Shown here: one piece after another, positions 37,901 to 52,900 of the stretch
Layout of the letters: each line of letters opens with the position of its first letter
How positions within the stretch are numbered: position 1 is the stretch's first letter
NCBI GenBank assembly: GCA_964016885.1
Contig: OZ024740.1
Coordinates: 319,672,001-319,736,000, forward strand
DNA from: Eledone cirrhosa
Lineage: Eukaryota
DNA length: 64,000 bases
Direction of reading: 5' to 3'
Notes under the pieces: model-generated
The model's input: only the letters and a program-made list of their open reading frames with translations
Databases searched by the model: none
What the model was told of the DNA's origin: nothing
Program-made: the position numbers and the translations under genes

Positions 37901-40900
37901 CGGTAAGTGTGGTGGTGTTGATGGCAGTGACGGCGGTGAGTGTGGTGGTGTTGATGGCAGTGACGGCGGTTACCGTGGTGGTGTTGATGGCAGTGACGGC
38001 GGTGACTGTGGTGGTGTTGATGGCAGTGACGGCGGTGACTGTAGTGGTGTTGATGGCAGTGACGGCGGTGAGTGTGGTGGTGTTGATGGCAGTGACGGCG
38101 GTGACTGTGGTGGTGTGGATGGCAGTGACGGCGGTGACTGTGGTGGTGTTGATGGCAGTGACGGCGGTGACTGTGGTGGTGTTGATGGCAGTGACGACGG
38201 TGAGTGTCGTGGTGTTGATGGCAGTGACGGCGGTGACTGTGGTGGTGTTGATGGCAGTGACGGCGGTGAGTGTGGTGGTGTTGATGGCAGTGACGGCGGT
38301 GACTGTGGTGGTGTTGATGGCAGTGACGGGGGTGAGTGTGGTGGTGTTGATGGCAGTGACGGCGGTGAGTGTGATGGTGTTGATGGCAGTGACGGCGGTG
38401 ACTGAGGTGGTGTTGATCGCAGTGACGGCGGTGACTGTGGTGGTGTTGATCGCAGTGACGGCGGTGACTGTGGTGGTGTTGATGGCAGTGACGGCGGTGA
38501 GTGTGGTGGTGTTGATGGCAGTGACGGCGGTGACTGTGGTGGTGTTGATGGCAGTGACGGCGGTGAGTGTGGTGGTGTTGATGGCAGTGACGGCGGTGAC
38601 TGTGGTGGTGTTGATGGCAGTGACGGCGGTGAGTGTGGTGGTGTTGATGGCAGTGACGGCGGTGACTGTGATGGTGTTGATGGCAGTGACGGCGGTGAGT
38701 GTGGTGTTGTTGATGACAGTGACGGCGGTGACTGTGGTGGTGTTGATGGCAGTGACGACGGTGAGTGTGGTGGTGTTGATGGCAATGACGGCGGTGAGTG
38801 TGGTGGTGTTGATTGCAGTGACGGCGGTGAGTGTGGTGGTGTTGATGGCAGTGACGACGGTGAGTGTGATGGTGTTGATGGCAGTGACGACGGTGAGTGT
38901 GGTGGTGTTGATGGCAGTGACGGCGGTGACTGTGGTGGTGTTGATGGCAGTGACGGCGGTCGGTGTGGTGGTGTTGAAGGCAGTGACGGCTGTGGGTGTG
39001 GTGGTGTTGATGGCAGTGACGGCGGTGAGTGTGGTGGTGTTGATGGCAGTGACGGCGGTGAGTGTGGTGGTGTTGATGGCAGTGACGGCGGTGAGTGTGG
39101 TGGTGTTGATGGCAGTGACGGCGGTGACTGTGGTGGTGTTGATGGCAGTGACGGCGGTCGGTGTGGTGGTGTTGATGGCATTGACGGCGGTGGGTGTGGT
39201 GGTGTTGATGGCAGTGACGGCGGTGAGTGTGGTGGTGTTGATGGCAGTGACGGCGGTGAGTGTGGTGGTGTTGATGGCAGTGACGACGGTGAGTGTGGTG
39301 GTGTTGATGGCAGTGACGGCGGTGACTGTGGTGGTGTTGATGGCAGTGACGGCGGTCGGTGTGGTGGTGTTGATGGCAGTGACGGCGGTGGGTGTGGTGG
39401 TGTTGATGGCAGTGACGGCGGTGACTGTGGTGGTGTTGATGGCAGTGACGGCGGCGACTGTGGTGGTGTTGATGGTAATGACGGCGGATAGTGTTGTGGT
39501 GTTGATGGCAGTGACGGCGGTGAGTGTGGTGGTGTTGATGGCAGTGACGGCGGTGAGTGTGGTGGTGTTGATGGCAGTGATGGCGGTGAGTGTGGTGGTG
39601 TTGATGGCTGTGACGGCGGTGACTGTGGTGGTGTTGATGGCAGTGACGGCGGGGATTGTGGTGGTGTTGATCGCAGTGACGGCGGTGAGTGTGGTGGTGT
39701 TGATGGCAGTGACGGCGGTGAGTGTGGTGGTGTTGATGGCAGTGACGGCGGTGACCGTGGTGGTGTTGATGGCAGTGACGGCGGTGACTGTGGTGGTGTT
39801 GATGGCAGTGACGGCGGTGACTGTGGTGGTGTTGATGGCAAGTGACGGCGGTGACTGTGGTGGTGTTGATGGCAGTGACGGCGGTGAGTGTGGTGGTGTT
39901 GATGGCAGTGACGGCGGTGACTGTGGTGGTGTTGATGGCAGTGACGGCGGTGACCGTGGTGGTGTTGATGGCAGTGACGGGGGTGAGTGTGGTGGTGTTG
40001 ATGGCAGTGACGGCGGCGACTGTGGTGGTGTTGATGGCAGTGACGGCGGTGAGTTTGTGGTGTTGATGGCAGTGACCGCGGTGAGTGTGGTGGTGTTGAT
40101 AGCAATGACGGCGTTGACTGTGGTGGTGTTGATGGCAGTGACGGGGGTGACTGTGGTGGTGTTGATGGCAGTGACGGCGGTAAGTGTGGTGGTGTTGATG
40201 GCAGTGACGGCGGTGAGTGTGGTGGTGTTGATGGCAGTGACGGCGGTTACCGTGGTGGTGTTGATGGCAGTGACGGCGGTGACTGTGGTGGTGTTGATGG
40301 CAGTGACGGCGGTGACTGTAGTGGTGTTGATGGCAGTGACGGCGGTGAGTGTGGTGGTGTTGATGGCAGTGACGGCGGTGACTGTGGTGGTGTTGATGGC
40401 AGTGACGGCGGTGACTGTGGTGGTGTTGATGGCAGTGACGGCGGTGACTGTGGTGGTGTTGATGGCAGTGACGGCGGTGAGTGTCGTGGTGTTGATGGCA
40501 GTGACGGCGGTGACTGTGGTGGTGTTGATGGCAGTGACGGCGGTGAGTGTGGTGGTGTTGATGGCAGTGACGGCGGTGACTGTGGTGGTGTTGATGGCAG
40601 TGACAGCGGCGACCGTGGTGGTGTTGATGGCAGTGACGGGGGTGAGTGTGGTGGTGTTGATGGCAGTGACGGCGGTGAGTGTGATGGTGTTGATGGCAGT
40701 GACGGCGGTGACTGTGGTGGTGTTGATCGCAGTGACGGCGGTGACTGTGTTGGTGTTGATCGCAGTGACGGCGGTGACTGTGGTGGTGTTGATGGCAGTG
40801 ACGGCGGTGAGTGTGGTGGTGTTGATGGCAGTGACGGCGGTGACTGTGGTGGTGTTGATGGCAGTGACGGCGGTGAGTGTGGTGGTGTTGATGGCAGTGA

Positions 40901-43900
40901 CGGCGGTGACTGTGGTGCTGTTGATGGCAGTGACGGCGGTGAGTGTGGTGGTGTTGATGGCAGTGACGGCGGTGACTGTGATGGTGTTGATGGCAGTGAC
41001 GGCGGTGAGTGTGGTGTTGTTGATGACAGTGACGGCGGTGACTGTGGTGGTGTTGATGGCAGTGACGACGGTGAGTGTGGTGGTGTTGATGGCAATGACG
41101 GCGGTGAGTGTGGTGGTGTTGATGGCAGTGACGGCGGTGAGTGTGGTGGTGTTGATGGCAGTGACGACGGTGAGTGTGATGGTGTTGATGGCAGTGACGA
41201 CGGTGAGTGTGGTGGTGTTGATGGCAGTGACGGCGGTGACTGTGGTGGTGTTGATGGCAGTGACGGCGGTCGGTGTGGTGGTGTTGATGGCAGTGACGGC
41301 GGTGGGTGTGGTGGTGTTGATGGCAGTGACGGCGGTGAGTGTGGTGGTGTTGATGGCAGTGACGGCGGTGAGTGTGGTGGTGTTGATGGCAGTGACGGCG
41401 GTGACTGTGGTGGTGTTGATGGCAGTGACGGCGGTCGGTGTGGTGGTGTTGATGGCAGTGACGGCGGTGGGTGTGGTGGTGTTGATGGCAGTGACGGCGG
41501 TGAGTGTGGTGGTGTTGATGGCAGTGACGGCGGTGAGTGTGGTGGTGTTGATGGCAGTGACGACGGTGACTGTGGTGGTGTTGATGGCAGTGACGGCGGT
41601 CGGTGTGGTGGTGTTGATGGCAGTGACGGCGGTGGGTGTGGTGGTGTTGATGGCAGTGACGGCGGTGACTGTGGTGGTGTTGATGGCAGTGACGGCGGTG
41701 ACTGTGGTGGTGGTGTTGATGGCAGTGACGGCGGTGAGTGTGGTGTTGTTGATCGGAGTGACGGCGGTGAGTGTGGTGGTGTTGATGGCAGTGACGGCTG
41801 TGACTGCGGTGGTGTTGATCGCAGTGACGGCGGTGAGTGTGATGGTGTTGGTCGCAGTGACGGCGGTGAGTGTGATGGTGTTGATGGCAGTGACGGCAGT
41901 GAGTGTGGTGGTGTTGATGGCAGTGACGGCGGTGACTGTGGTGGTGTTGATGGCAGTGACGGCGGTGACTGTGGTGGTGTTGATCGCAGTGACGGCGGTG
42001 ACTGTGGTGGTGTTGATGGCAGTGACGGCGGTGAGTGTGGTGGTGTTGATGGCAGTGACGGCGGTGACTGTGGTGGTGTTGATGGCAGTGACGGCGGTCG
42101 GTGTGGTGGTGTTGATGGCAGTGACGGCGGTGGGTGTGGTGGTGTTGATGGCAGTGACGGCGGTGAGTGTGGTGGTGTTGATGGCAGTGACGGCGGTGAG
42201 TGTGGTGGTGTTGATGGCAGTGACGGCGGTGACTGTGGTGGTGTTGATGGCAGTGACGGCGGTCGGTGTGGTGGTGTTGATGGCAGTGACGGCGGTGGGT
42301 GTGGTGGTGTTGATGGCAGTGACGGCGGTGAGTGTGGTGGTGTTGATGGCAGTGACGGCGGTGAGTGTGGTGGTGTTGATGGCAGTGACGACGGTGACTG
42401 TGGTGGTGTTGATGGCAGTGACGGCGGTCGGTGTGGTGGTGTTGATGGCAGTGACGGCGGTGGGTGTGGTGGTGTTGATGGCAGTGACGGCGGTGACTGT
42501 GGTGGTGTTGATGGCAGTGACGGCGGTGACTGTGGTGGTGGTGTTGATGGCAGTGACGGCGGTGAGTGTGGTGTTGTTGATCGGAGTGACGGCGGTGAGT
42601 GTGGTGGTGTTGATGGCAGTGACGGCTGTGACTGCGGTGGTGTTGATCGCAGTGACGGCGGTGAGTGTGATGGTGTTGGTCGCAGTGACGGCGGTGAGTG
42701 TGATGGTGTTGATGGCAGTGACGGCAGTGAGTGTGGTGGTGTTGATGGCAGTGACGGCGGTGACTGTGGTGGTGTTGATGGCAGTGACGGCGGTGACTGT
42801 GGTGGTGTTGATCGCAGTGACGGCGGTGACTGTGGTGGTGTTGATGGCAGTGACGGCGGTGAGTGTGGTGGTGTTGATGGCAGTGACGGCGGTGAGTGTG
42901 GTGGCGTTGATGGCAGTGACAGCGGTGACTGTGGTGGTGTTGATGGCAGTGACGGCGGTGACTGTGGTGGTGTTGATCGCAGTGACGGCGGTGACTGTGG
43001 TGGTGTTGATCGCAGTGACGGCGGTGACTGTGGTGGTGTTGATGGCAGTGACGGCGGTGACTGTGGTGGTATTGATGGCAGTGACGGCGGTGACTGTGGT
43101 GGTGTTGGTGGCAGTGACGGCGGTGACTGTGGTGGTGTTGATGGCAGTGACGGCGGTGAGTGTGGTGGTGTTGATCGCAGTGACGGCGGTGAGTGTGTTG
43201 GTGTTGATGGCAGTGACGGCGGTGAGTGTGGTGGTGTTGATGGCAGTGACGGCGGTGAGTGTGGTGGCGTTGATGGCAGTGACGGCGGTGACTGTGGTGG
43301 TGTTGATGGCAGTGACGGCGGTGACTGTGGTGGTGTTGATGGCAGTGACGGCGGTGAGTGTCGTGGTGTTGATGGCAGTGACGGCGGTGACTGTGGTGGT
43401 GTTGATGGCAGTGACGGCGGTGAGTGTGGTGGTGTTGATGGCAGTGACGGCGGTGACTGTGGTGGTGTTGATGGCAGTGACAGCGGTGACCGTGGTGGTG
43501 TTGATGGCAGTGACGGGGGTGAGTGTGGTGGTGTTGATGGCAGTGACGGCGGTGAGTGTGATAGTGTTGATGGCAGTGACGGCGGTGACTGTGGTGGTGT
43601 TGATCGCAGTGACGGCGGTGACTGTGGTGGCGTTGATCGCAGTGACGGCGGTGACTGTGGTGGTGTTGATGGCAGTGACGGCGGTGAGTGTGGTGGTGTT
43701 GATGGCAGTGACGGCGGTGACTGTGGTGGTGTTGATGGCAGTGACGGCGGTGAGTGTGGTGGTGTTGATGGCAGTGACGGCGGTGACTGTGGTGGTGTTG
43801 ATGGCAGTGACGGCGGTGAGTGTGATGGTGTTGATGGCAGTGACGGCGGTGAGTGTAGTGTTGTTGATGACAGTGACGGCGGTGACTGTGGTGGTGTTGA

Positions 43901-46900
43901 TGGCAGTGACGACGGTGAGTGTGCTGGTGTTGATGGCAATGACGGCGGTGAGTGTGGTGGTGTTGATAGCAGTGACGGCGGTGAGTGTGGTGGTGTTGAT
44001 GGCAGTGACGACGGTGAGTGTGATGGTGTTGATGGCAGTGACGACGGTGAGTGTGGTGGTGTTGATGGCAGTGAGGGCGGTGACTGTGGTGGTGTTGATG
44101 GCAGTGACGGCGGTCGGTTTGGTGGTGTTGATGGCAGTGACGGCGGTGGGTGTGGTTGTGTTGATGGCAGTGAGGGCGGTGAGTGTGGTGGTGTTGATGG
44201 CAGTGACGGCGGTGAGTGTGGTGGTGTTGATGGCAGTGACGGCGGTGAGTGTGGTGGTGTTGATGGCAGTGACGGCGGTGACTGTGGTGGTGTTGATGGC
44301 AGTGACGGCGGTCGGTGTGGTGGTGTTGATGGCAGTGACGGCGGTATGTGTGGTGGTGTTGATGGCAGTGACGGCGGTGAGTGTGGTGGTGTTGATGGCA
44401 GTGACGGCGGTGAGTGTGGTGGTGTTGATGGCAGTGACGACGGTGAGTGTGGTGGTGTTGATGGCAGTGACGGCGGTGACTGTGGTGGTGTTGATGGCAG
44501 TGACGGCGGTCGGTGTGGTGGTGTTGATGGCAGTGACGGCGGTGGGTGTGGTGGTGTTGATGGCAGTGACGGCGGTGACTGTGGTGGTGTTGATGGTAAT
44601 GACGGCGGATACTGTTGTGGTGTTGATGGCAGTGACGGCGGTGAGTGTGGTGGTGTTGATGGCAGTGACGGCGGTGAGTGTGGTGGTGTTGATGGCTGTG
44701 ACGGCGGTGACTGTGGTGGTGTTGATGGCAGTGACGGCGGTGAGTGTGGTGGTGTTGATGGCAGTGACGGCGGTGACTGTGGTGGTGTTGATGGCAATGA
44801 CGACGGTGAGTGTGGTGGTGTTGATGGCAGTGACGGCGGTGAGTGTGGTGGTGTTGATGGCAGTGACGGCGGTGACTGTGGTGGTGTTGATGGCAGTGAC
44901 GGCGGTGAGTGTGGTGGTGTTGATGGCAGTGACGGCGGTGAGTGTGATGGTGTTGATGTCAGTGACGGCGGTGAGTGTGGTGGTGTTGATGGCAGTGACG
45001 GCGGTGACTGTGGTGGTGTTGATGGCAGTGACGGCGTCGAGTGTGGTGGTGTTGATGGCAGTGACGGCGGTGACTGTGGTGGTGTTGATGGCAGTGACGG
45101 CGGTGACTGTGGTGCTGGTGTTGATGGCAGTGACGGCGGTGAGTGTGGTGTTGTTGATCGGAGTGACGGCGGTGAGTGTGGTGGTGTTGATGGCAGTGTC
45201 GGCGGTGACTGTGGTGGTGTTGATCGCAGTGACGGCGGTGAGTGTGATGGTGTTGGTCGCAGTGACGGCGGTGAGTGTGATGGTGTTGATGGCAGTGACG
45301 GCAGTGAGTGTGGTGGTGTTGATGGCAGTGACGGCGGTGACTGTGGTGGTGTTGATGGCAGTGACGGCGGTGACTGTGGTGGTGTTCATCGCAGTGACGG
45401 CGGTGACTGTGGTGGTGTTGATGGCAGTGACGGCGGTGAGTGTGGTGGTGTTGATGGCAGTGACGGCGGTGAGTGTGGTGGCGTTGATGGCAGTGACAGC
45501 GGTGACTGTGGTGGTGTTGATGGCAGTGACGGCGGTGACTGTGGTGGTGTTGATGGCAGTGACGGCGGTGACTGTGGTGGTGTTGATCGCAGTGACGGCG
45601 GTGACTGTGGTGGTGTTGATCGCAGTGACGGCGGTGACTGTGGTGGTGTTGATGGCAGTGACGGCGGTGACTGTGGTGGTGTTGATGGCAGTGACGGCGG
45701 TGACTGTGGTGGTGTTGGTGGCAGTGACGGCGGTGACTGTGGTGGTGTTGATGGCAGTGACGGCGGTGAGTGTGGTGGTGTTGATCGCAGTGACGGCGGT
45801 GAGTGTGGTGGTGTTGATGGCAGTGACGGCGGTGAGTGTGGTGGTGTTGATGGCAGTGACGGCGGTGAGTGTGGTGGCGTTGATGGCAGTGACGGCGGTG
45901 ACTGTGGTGGTGTTGATGGCAGTGACGGCGGTGACTGTGGTGGTGTTGATGGCAGTGACGGCGGTGAGTGTGATGGTGTTGATGGCAGTGACGGCGGTGA
46001 CTGTGGTGGTGTTGATGGCAGTGACGGCGGTGACTGTGGTGGTGTTGATGGCAGTGACGGCGGTGACTGTGGTGGCGTTGATGGCAGTGACGGCGGTGAG
46101 TGTGGTGGTGTTGATGGCAGTGACGGCGGTGACTGTGGTGGTTTTGATGGCAGTGACGGAGGTGGCTGTGGTGGTGTTGATGACAGTGACGGCGGTGACT
46201 GTGGTGGTGTTGATCGCAGTGACGGCGGTGAGTGTGGTGGTGTTGATGGCAGTGACGTCGGTGACTGTGGTGGTGTTGATGGCAGTGACGGCGGTGATTG
46301 TGGTGATGTTGATCGCAGTGACGGCGGTGAGTGTGGTGGTGTTGATGGCAGTGACGGCGGTGAGTGTGGTGGTGTTGATGGCAGTGACGGCGGTGACCGT
46401 GGTGGTGTTGATGGCAGTGACGGCGGTGACTGTGGTGGTGTTGATGGCAGTAACGGCGGTGAGTGTGGTGGTGTTGATGGCAGTGACGGCGGTGACTGTG
46501 GTGGTGTTGATGGCAGTGACGGCGGTGACCGTGGTGGTGTTGATGGCAGTGACGGGGGTGAGTGTGGTGGTGTTGATGGCAGTAACGGCGGCGACTGTGG
46601 TGGTGTTGATGGCAGTGACGGCGGTGACTGTGGTGGTGTTGATGGCAGTGACGGCGGTGAGTGTGGTGGTGTTGATGGCAGTGACGGCGGTGAGTGTGGT
46701 GGTGTTGATGGCAGTGACGGCGGTGACTGTGGTGGTGTTGATGGCAGTGACGGCGATGACTGTGGTGGTGTTGATGGCAGTGACGGCGGTGAGTGTGGTG
46801 GTGTTGATGGCAGTGACGGCGGTGAGTGTGGTGGTGTTGATGGCAGTGACGGCGGTGACTGTGGTGGTGTTGATGGCAGTGACGGCGGTGAGTGTGGTGA

Positions 46901-49900
46901 TGTTGATGGCAGTGACGGCGGTGAGTATGGTGGTGTTGATGGCAGTGACGGCGGTGAGTGTGGTGTTGTTGATGGCAGTGACGGCGGTGACTGTGGTGGT
47001 GTTGATGGCAGTGACGACGGTGAGTCTGGTGGTGTTGATGGCAGTGACGGCGGTGACTGTGGTGGTGTTGATGGCAGTGACGGCGGTCGGTGAGGTGGTG
47101 TTGATGGCAGTGACGGCGTTGGGTGTGGTGGTGTTGATGGCAGTGACGGCGGTGAGTGTGGTGGTGTTGATGGCAGTGACGACGGTGAGTGTGGTGGTGT
47201 TGATGGCAGTGACGGCGGTGACTGTGGTGGTGTTGATGGCAGTGACGGCGGTCGGTGTGGTGGTGTTGATGGCAGTGACGGCGGTGGGTGTGGTGGTGTT
47301 GATGGCAGTGACGGCGGTGACTGTGGTGGTGTTGATGGCAGTGACGGCGGCGACTGTGGTGGTGTTGATGGTAATGACGGCGGATAGTGTTGTGGTGTTG
47401 ATGGCAGTGACGGCGGTGAGTGTGGTGGTGTTGATGGCAGTGACGGCGGTGAGTGTGGTGGTGTTGATGGCAGTGACGGCGGTGAGTGTGGTGGTGTTGA
47501 TGGCTGTGACGGCGGTGACTGTGGTGGTGTTGATGGCAGTGACGGCGGGGATTGTGGTGGTGTTGATCGCAGTGACGGCGGTGAGTGTGGTGGTGTTGAT
47601 GGCAGTGACGGCGGTGAGTGTGGTGGTGTTGATGGCAGTGACGGCGGTGACCGTGGTGGTGTTGATGGCAGTGACGGCGGTGACTGTGGTGGTGTTGATG
47701 GCAGTGACGGCGGTGACTGTGGTGGTGTTGATGGCAAGTGACGGCGGTGACTGTGGTGGTGTTGATGGCAGTGACGGCGGTGAGTGTGGTGGTGTTGATG
47801 GTAGTGACGGCGGTGACTGTGGTGGTGTTGATGGCAGTGACGGCGGTGACCGTGGTGGTGTTGATGGCAGTGACGGGGTTGAGTGTGGTGGTGTTGATGG
47901 CAGTGACGGCGGCGACTGTGGTGGTGTTGATGGCAGTGACGGCGGTGAGTTTGTGGTGTTGATGGCAGTGACCGCGGTGAGTGTGGTGGTGTTGATAGCA
48001 GTGACGGCGTTGACTGTGGTGGTGTTGATGGCAGTGACGGCGGTGACTGTGGTGGTGTTGATGGCAGTGACGGCTGTAAGTGTGGTGGTGTTGATGGCAG
48101 TGACGGCGGTGAGTGTGGTGGTGTTGATGGCAGTGACGGCGGTTACCGTGGTGGTGTTGATGGCAGTGACGGCGGTGACTGTGGTGGTGTTGATGGCAGT
48201 GACGGCGGTGACTGTAGTGGTGTTGATGGCAGTGACGGCGGTGAGTGTGGTGGTGTTGATGGCAGTGACGGCGGTGACTGTGGTGGTGTTGATGGCAGTG
48301 ACGGCGGTGACTGTGGTGGTGTTGATGGCAGTGACGGCGGTGACTGTGGTGGTGTTGATGGCAGTGACGGCGCTGAGTGTCGTGGTGTTGATGGCAGTGA
48401 CGGCGGTGACTGTGGTGGTGTTGATGGCAGTGACGGCGGTGAGTGTGATGGTGTTGGTCGCAGTGACGGCGGTGAGTGTGATGGTGTTGATGGCAGTGAC
48501 GGCAGTGAGTGTGGTGGTGTTGATGGCAGTGACGGCGGTGACTGTGGTGGTGTTGATGGCAGTGACGGCGGTGACTGTGGTGGTGTTGATCGCAGTGACG
48601 GCGGTGACTGTGGTGGTGTTGATGGCAGTGACGGCGGTGAGTGTGGTGGTGTTGATGGCAGTGACGGCGGTGACTGTGGTGGTGTTGATGGCAGTGACGG
48701 CGGTGACTGTGGTGGTGTTGATGGCAGTGACGGCGGTGACTGTGGTGGTGTTGGTGGCAGTGACGGCGGTGACTGTGGTGGTGTTGATGGCAGTGACGGC
48801 GGTGAGTGTGGTGGTGTTGATCGCAGTGACGGCGGTGAGTGTGTTGGTGTTGATGGCAGTGACGGCGGTGAGTGTGGTGGTGTTGATGGCAGTGACGGCG
48901 GTGAGTGTGGTGGCGTTGATGGCAGTGACGGCGGTGACTGTGGTGGTGTTGATGGCAGTGACGGCGGTGAGTGTCGTGGTGTTGATGGCAGTGACGGCGG
49001 TGACTGTGGTGGTGTTGATGGCAGTGACGGCGGTGAGTGTGGTGGTGTTGATGGCAGTGACGGCGGTGACTGTGGTGGTGTTGATGGCAGTGACAGCGGT
49101 GACCGTGGTGGTGTTGATGGCAGTGACGGGGGTGAGTGTGGTGGTGTTGATGGCAGTGACGGCGGTGAGTGTGATAGTGTTGATGGCAGTGACGGCGGTG
49201 ACTGTGGTGGTGTTGATCGCAGTGACGGCGGTGACTGTGGTGGTGTTGATCGCAGTGACGGCGGTGACTGTGGTGGTGTTGATGGCAGTGACGGCGGTGA
49301 GTGTGGTGGTGTTGATGGCAGTGACGGCGGTGACTGTGGTGGTGTTGATGGCAGTGACGGCGGTGAGTGTGGTGGTGTTGATGGCAGTGACGGCGGTGAC
49401 TGTGGTGGTGTTGATGGCAGTGACGGCGGTGAGTGTGGTGGTGTTGATGGCAGTGACGGCGGTGACTGTGATGGTGTTGATGGCAGTGACGGCGGTGAGT
49501 GTGGTGTTGTTGATGACAGTGACGGCGGTGACTGTGGTGGTGTTGATGGCAGTGACGACGGTGAGTGTGGTGGTGTTGATGGCAAAGACGGCGGTGAGTG
49601 TGGTGGTGTTGATGCCAGTGACGGCGGTGAGTGTGGTGGTGTTGATGGCAGTGACGACGGTGAGTGTGATGGTGTTGATGGCAGTGACGACGGTGAGTGT
49701 GGTGGTGTTGATGGCAGTGACGGCGGTGACTGTGGTGGTGTTGATGGCAGTGACGGCGGTCGGTGTGGTGGTGTTGATGGCAGTGACGGCGGTGGGTGTG
49801 GTTGTGTTGATGGCAGTGACGGCGGTGAGTGTGGTGGTGTTGATGGCAGTGACGGCGGTGAGTGTGGTGGTGTTGATGGCAGTGACGGCGGTGAGTGTGG

Positions 49901-52900
49901 AGGTGTTGATGGCAGTGACGGCGGTGACTGTGGTGGTGTTGATGGCAGTGACGGCGGTCGGTGTGGTGGTGTTGATGGCAGTGACGGCGGTATGTGTGGT
50001 GGTGTTGATGGCAGTGACGGCGGTGAGTGTGGTGGTGTTGATGGCAGTGACGGCGGTGAGTGTGGTGGTGTTGATGGCAGTGACGACGGTGAGTGTGGTG
50101 GTGTTGATGGCAGTGACGGCGGTGACTGTGGTGGTGTTGATGGCAGTGACGGCGGTCGGTGTGGTGGTGTTGATGGCAGTGACGGCGGTGGGTGTGGTGG
50201 TGTTGATGGCAGTGACGGCGGTGACTGTGGTGGTGTTGATGGTAATGACGGCGGATAGTGTTGTGGTGTTGATGGCAGTGACGGCGGTGAGTGTGGTGGT
50301 GTTGATGGCATTGACGGCGGTGAGTGTGGTGGTGTTGATGGCAGTGACGGCGGTGAGTGTGGTGGTGTTGATGGCTATGACGGCGGTGACTGTGGTGGTG
50401 TTGATGGCAGTGACGGCGGTGAGTGTGGTGGTGTTGATGGCAGTGACGGCGGTGACTGTGGTGGTGTTGATGGCAATGACGACGGTGAGTGCGGTGGTGT
50501 TGATGGCAGTGACGGCGGTGAGTGTGGTGGTGTTGATGGCAGTGACGGCGGTGACTGTGGTGGTGTTGATGGCAGTGACGGCGGTGAGTGTGGTGGTGTT
50601 GATGGCAGTGACGGCGGTGAGTGTGATGGTGTTGATGTCAGTGACGGCGGTGAGTGTGGTGGTGTTGATGGCATTGACGGCGGTGACTGTGGTGGTGTTG
50701 ATGGCAGTGACGGCGTCGAGTGTGGTGGTGTTGATGGCATTGACGGCGGTGACTGTGGTGGTGTTGATGGCAGTGACGGCGGTGACTGTGGTGGTGGTGT
50801 TGATGGCAGTGACGGCGGTGAGTGTGGTGTTGTTGATCGGAGTGACGGCGGTGAGTGTGGTGGTGTTGATGGCAGTGTCGGCGGTGACTGTGGTGGTGTT
50901 GATCGCAGTGACGGGGGTGAGTGTGATGGTGTTGGTCGCAGTGACGGCGGTGAGTGTGATGGTGTTGATGGCAGTGACGGCAGTGAGTGTGGTGGTGTTG
51001 ATGGCAGTGACGGCGGTGACTGTGGTGGTGTTGATGGCAGTGACGGCGGTGACTGTGGTGGTGTTGATCGCAGTGACGGCGGTGACTGTGGTGGTGTTGA
51101 TGGCAGTGACGGCGGTGAGTGTGGTGGTGTTGATGGCAGTGACGGCGGTGAGTGTGGTGGCGTTGATGGCAGTGACAGCGGTGACTGTGGTGGTGTTGAT
51201 GGCAGTGACGGCGGTGACTGTGGTGGTGTTGATGGCAGTGACGGCGGTGACTGTGGTGGTGTTGATCGCAGTGACGGCGGTGACTGTGGTGGTGTTGATC
51301 GCAGTGACGGCGGTGACTGTGGTGGTGTTGATGGCAGTGACGGCGGTGACTGTGGTGGTGTTGATGGCAGTGACGGCGGTGACTGTGGTGGTGTTGGTGG
51401 CAGTGACGGCGGTGACTGTGGTGGTGTTGATGGCAGTGACGGCGGTGAGTGTGGTGGTGTTGATCGCAGTGACGGCGGTGAGTGTGGTGGTGTTGATGGC
51501 AGTGACGGCGGTGAGTGTGGTGGTGTTGATGGCAGTGACGGCGGTGAGTGTGGTGGCGTTGATGGCAGTGACGGCGGTGACTGTGGTGGTGTTGATGGCA
51601 GTGACGGCGGTGACTGTGGTGGTGTTGATGGCAGTGACGGCGGTGAGTGTGATGGTGTTGATGGCAGTGACGGCGGTGACTGTGGTGGTGTTGATGGCAG
51701 TGACGGCGGTGACTGTGGTGGTGTTGATGGCAGTGACGGCGGTGACTGTGGTGGCGTTGATGGCAGTGACGGCGGTGAGTGTGGTGGTGTTGATGGCAGT
51801 GACGGCGGTGACTGTGGTGGTTTTGATGGCAGTGACGGAGGTGGCTGTGGTGGTGTTGATGGCAGTGACGGCGGTGACTGTGGTGGTGTTGATCGCAGTG
51901 ACGGCGGTGAGTGTGGTGGTGTTGATGGCAGTGACGTCGGTGACTGTGGTGGTGTTGATGGCAGTGACGGCGGTGATTGTGGTGGTGTTGATCGCAGTGA
52001 CGGCGGTGAGTGTGGTGGTGTTGATGGCAGTGACGGCCGTGAGTGTGGTGGTGTTGATGGCAGAGACGGCGGTGACCGTGGTGGTGTTGATGGCAGTGAC
52101 GGCGGTGACTGTGGTGGTGTTGATGGCAGTGACGGCGGTGAGTGTGGTGTTGTTGATGGCAGTGACGGCGGTGACTGTGGTGGTGTTGATGGCAGTGACG
52201 GCGGTGACCGTGGTGGTGTTGATGGCAGTGACGGGGGTGAGTGTGGTGGTGTTGATGGCAGTAACGGCGGCGACTGTGGTGGTGTTGATGGCAGTGACGG
52301 CGGTGACTGTGGTGGTGTTGATGGCAGTGACGGCGGTGAGTGTGGTGGTGTTGATGGCAGTGACGGCGGTGAGTGTGGTGGTGTTGATGGCAGTGACGGC
52401 GGTGACTGTGGTGGTGTTGATGGCAGTGACGGCGATGACTGTGGTGGTGTTGATGGCAGTGACGGCGGTGAGTGTGGTGGTGTTGATGGCAGTGACGGCG
52501 GTGAGTGTGGTGGTGTTGATGGCAGTAACGGCGGTGACTGTGGTGGTGTTGATGGCAGTGACGGCGGTGAGTGTGGTGGTGTTGATGGCAGTGACGGCGG
52601 TGAGTATGGTGGTGTTGATGGCAGTGACGGCGGTGAGTGTGGTGTTGTTGATGGCAGTGACGGCGGTGACTGTGGTGGTGTTGATGGCAGTGACGACGGT
52701 GAGTCTGGTGGTGTTGATGGCAGTGACGGCGGTGACTGTGGTGGTGTTGATGGCAGTGACGGCGGTCGGTGAGGTGGTGTTGATGGCAGTGACGGCGGTG
52801 ACTGTGGTGGTGTTGATGGCAGTGACGGCGGTGAGTGTGGTGGTGTTGATGGCAGTGACGGCGGTGACTGTGGTGGTGCTGATGGCAGTGACGGCGGTGA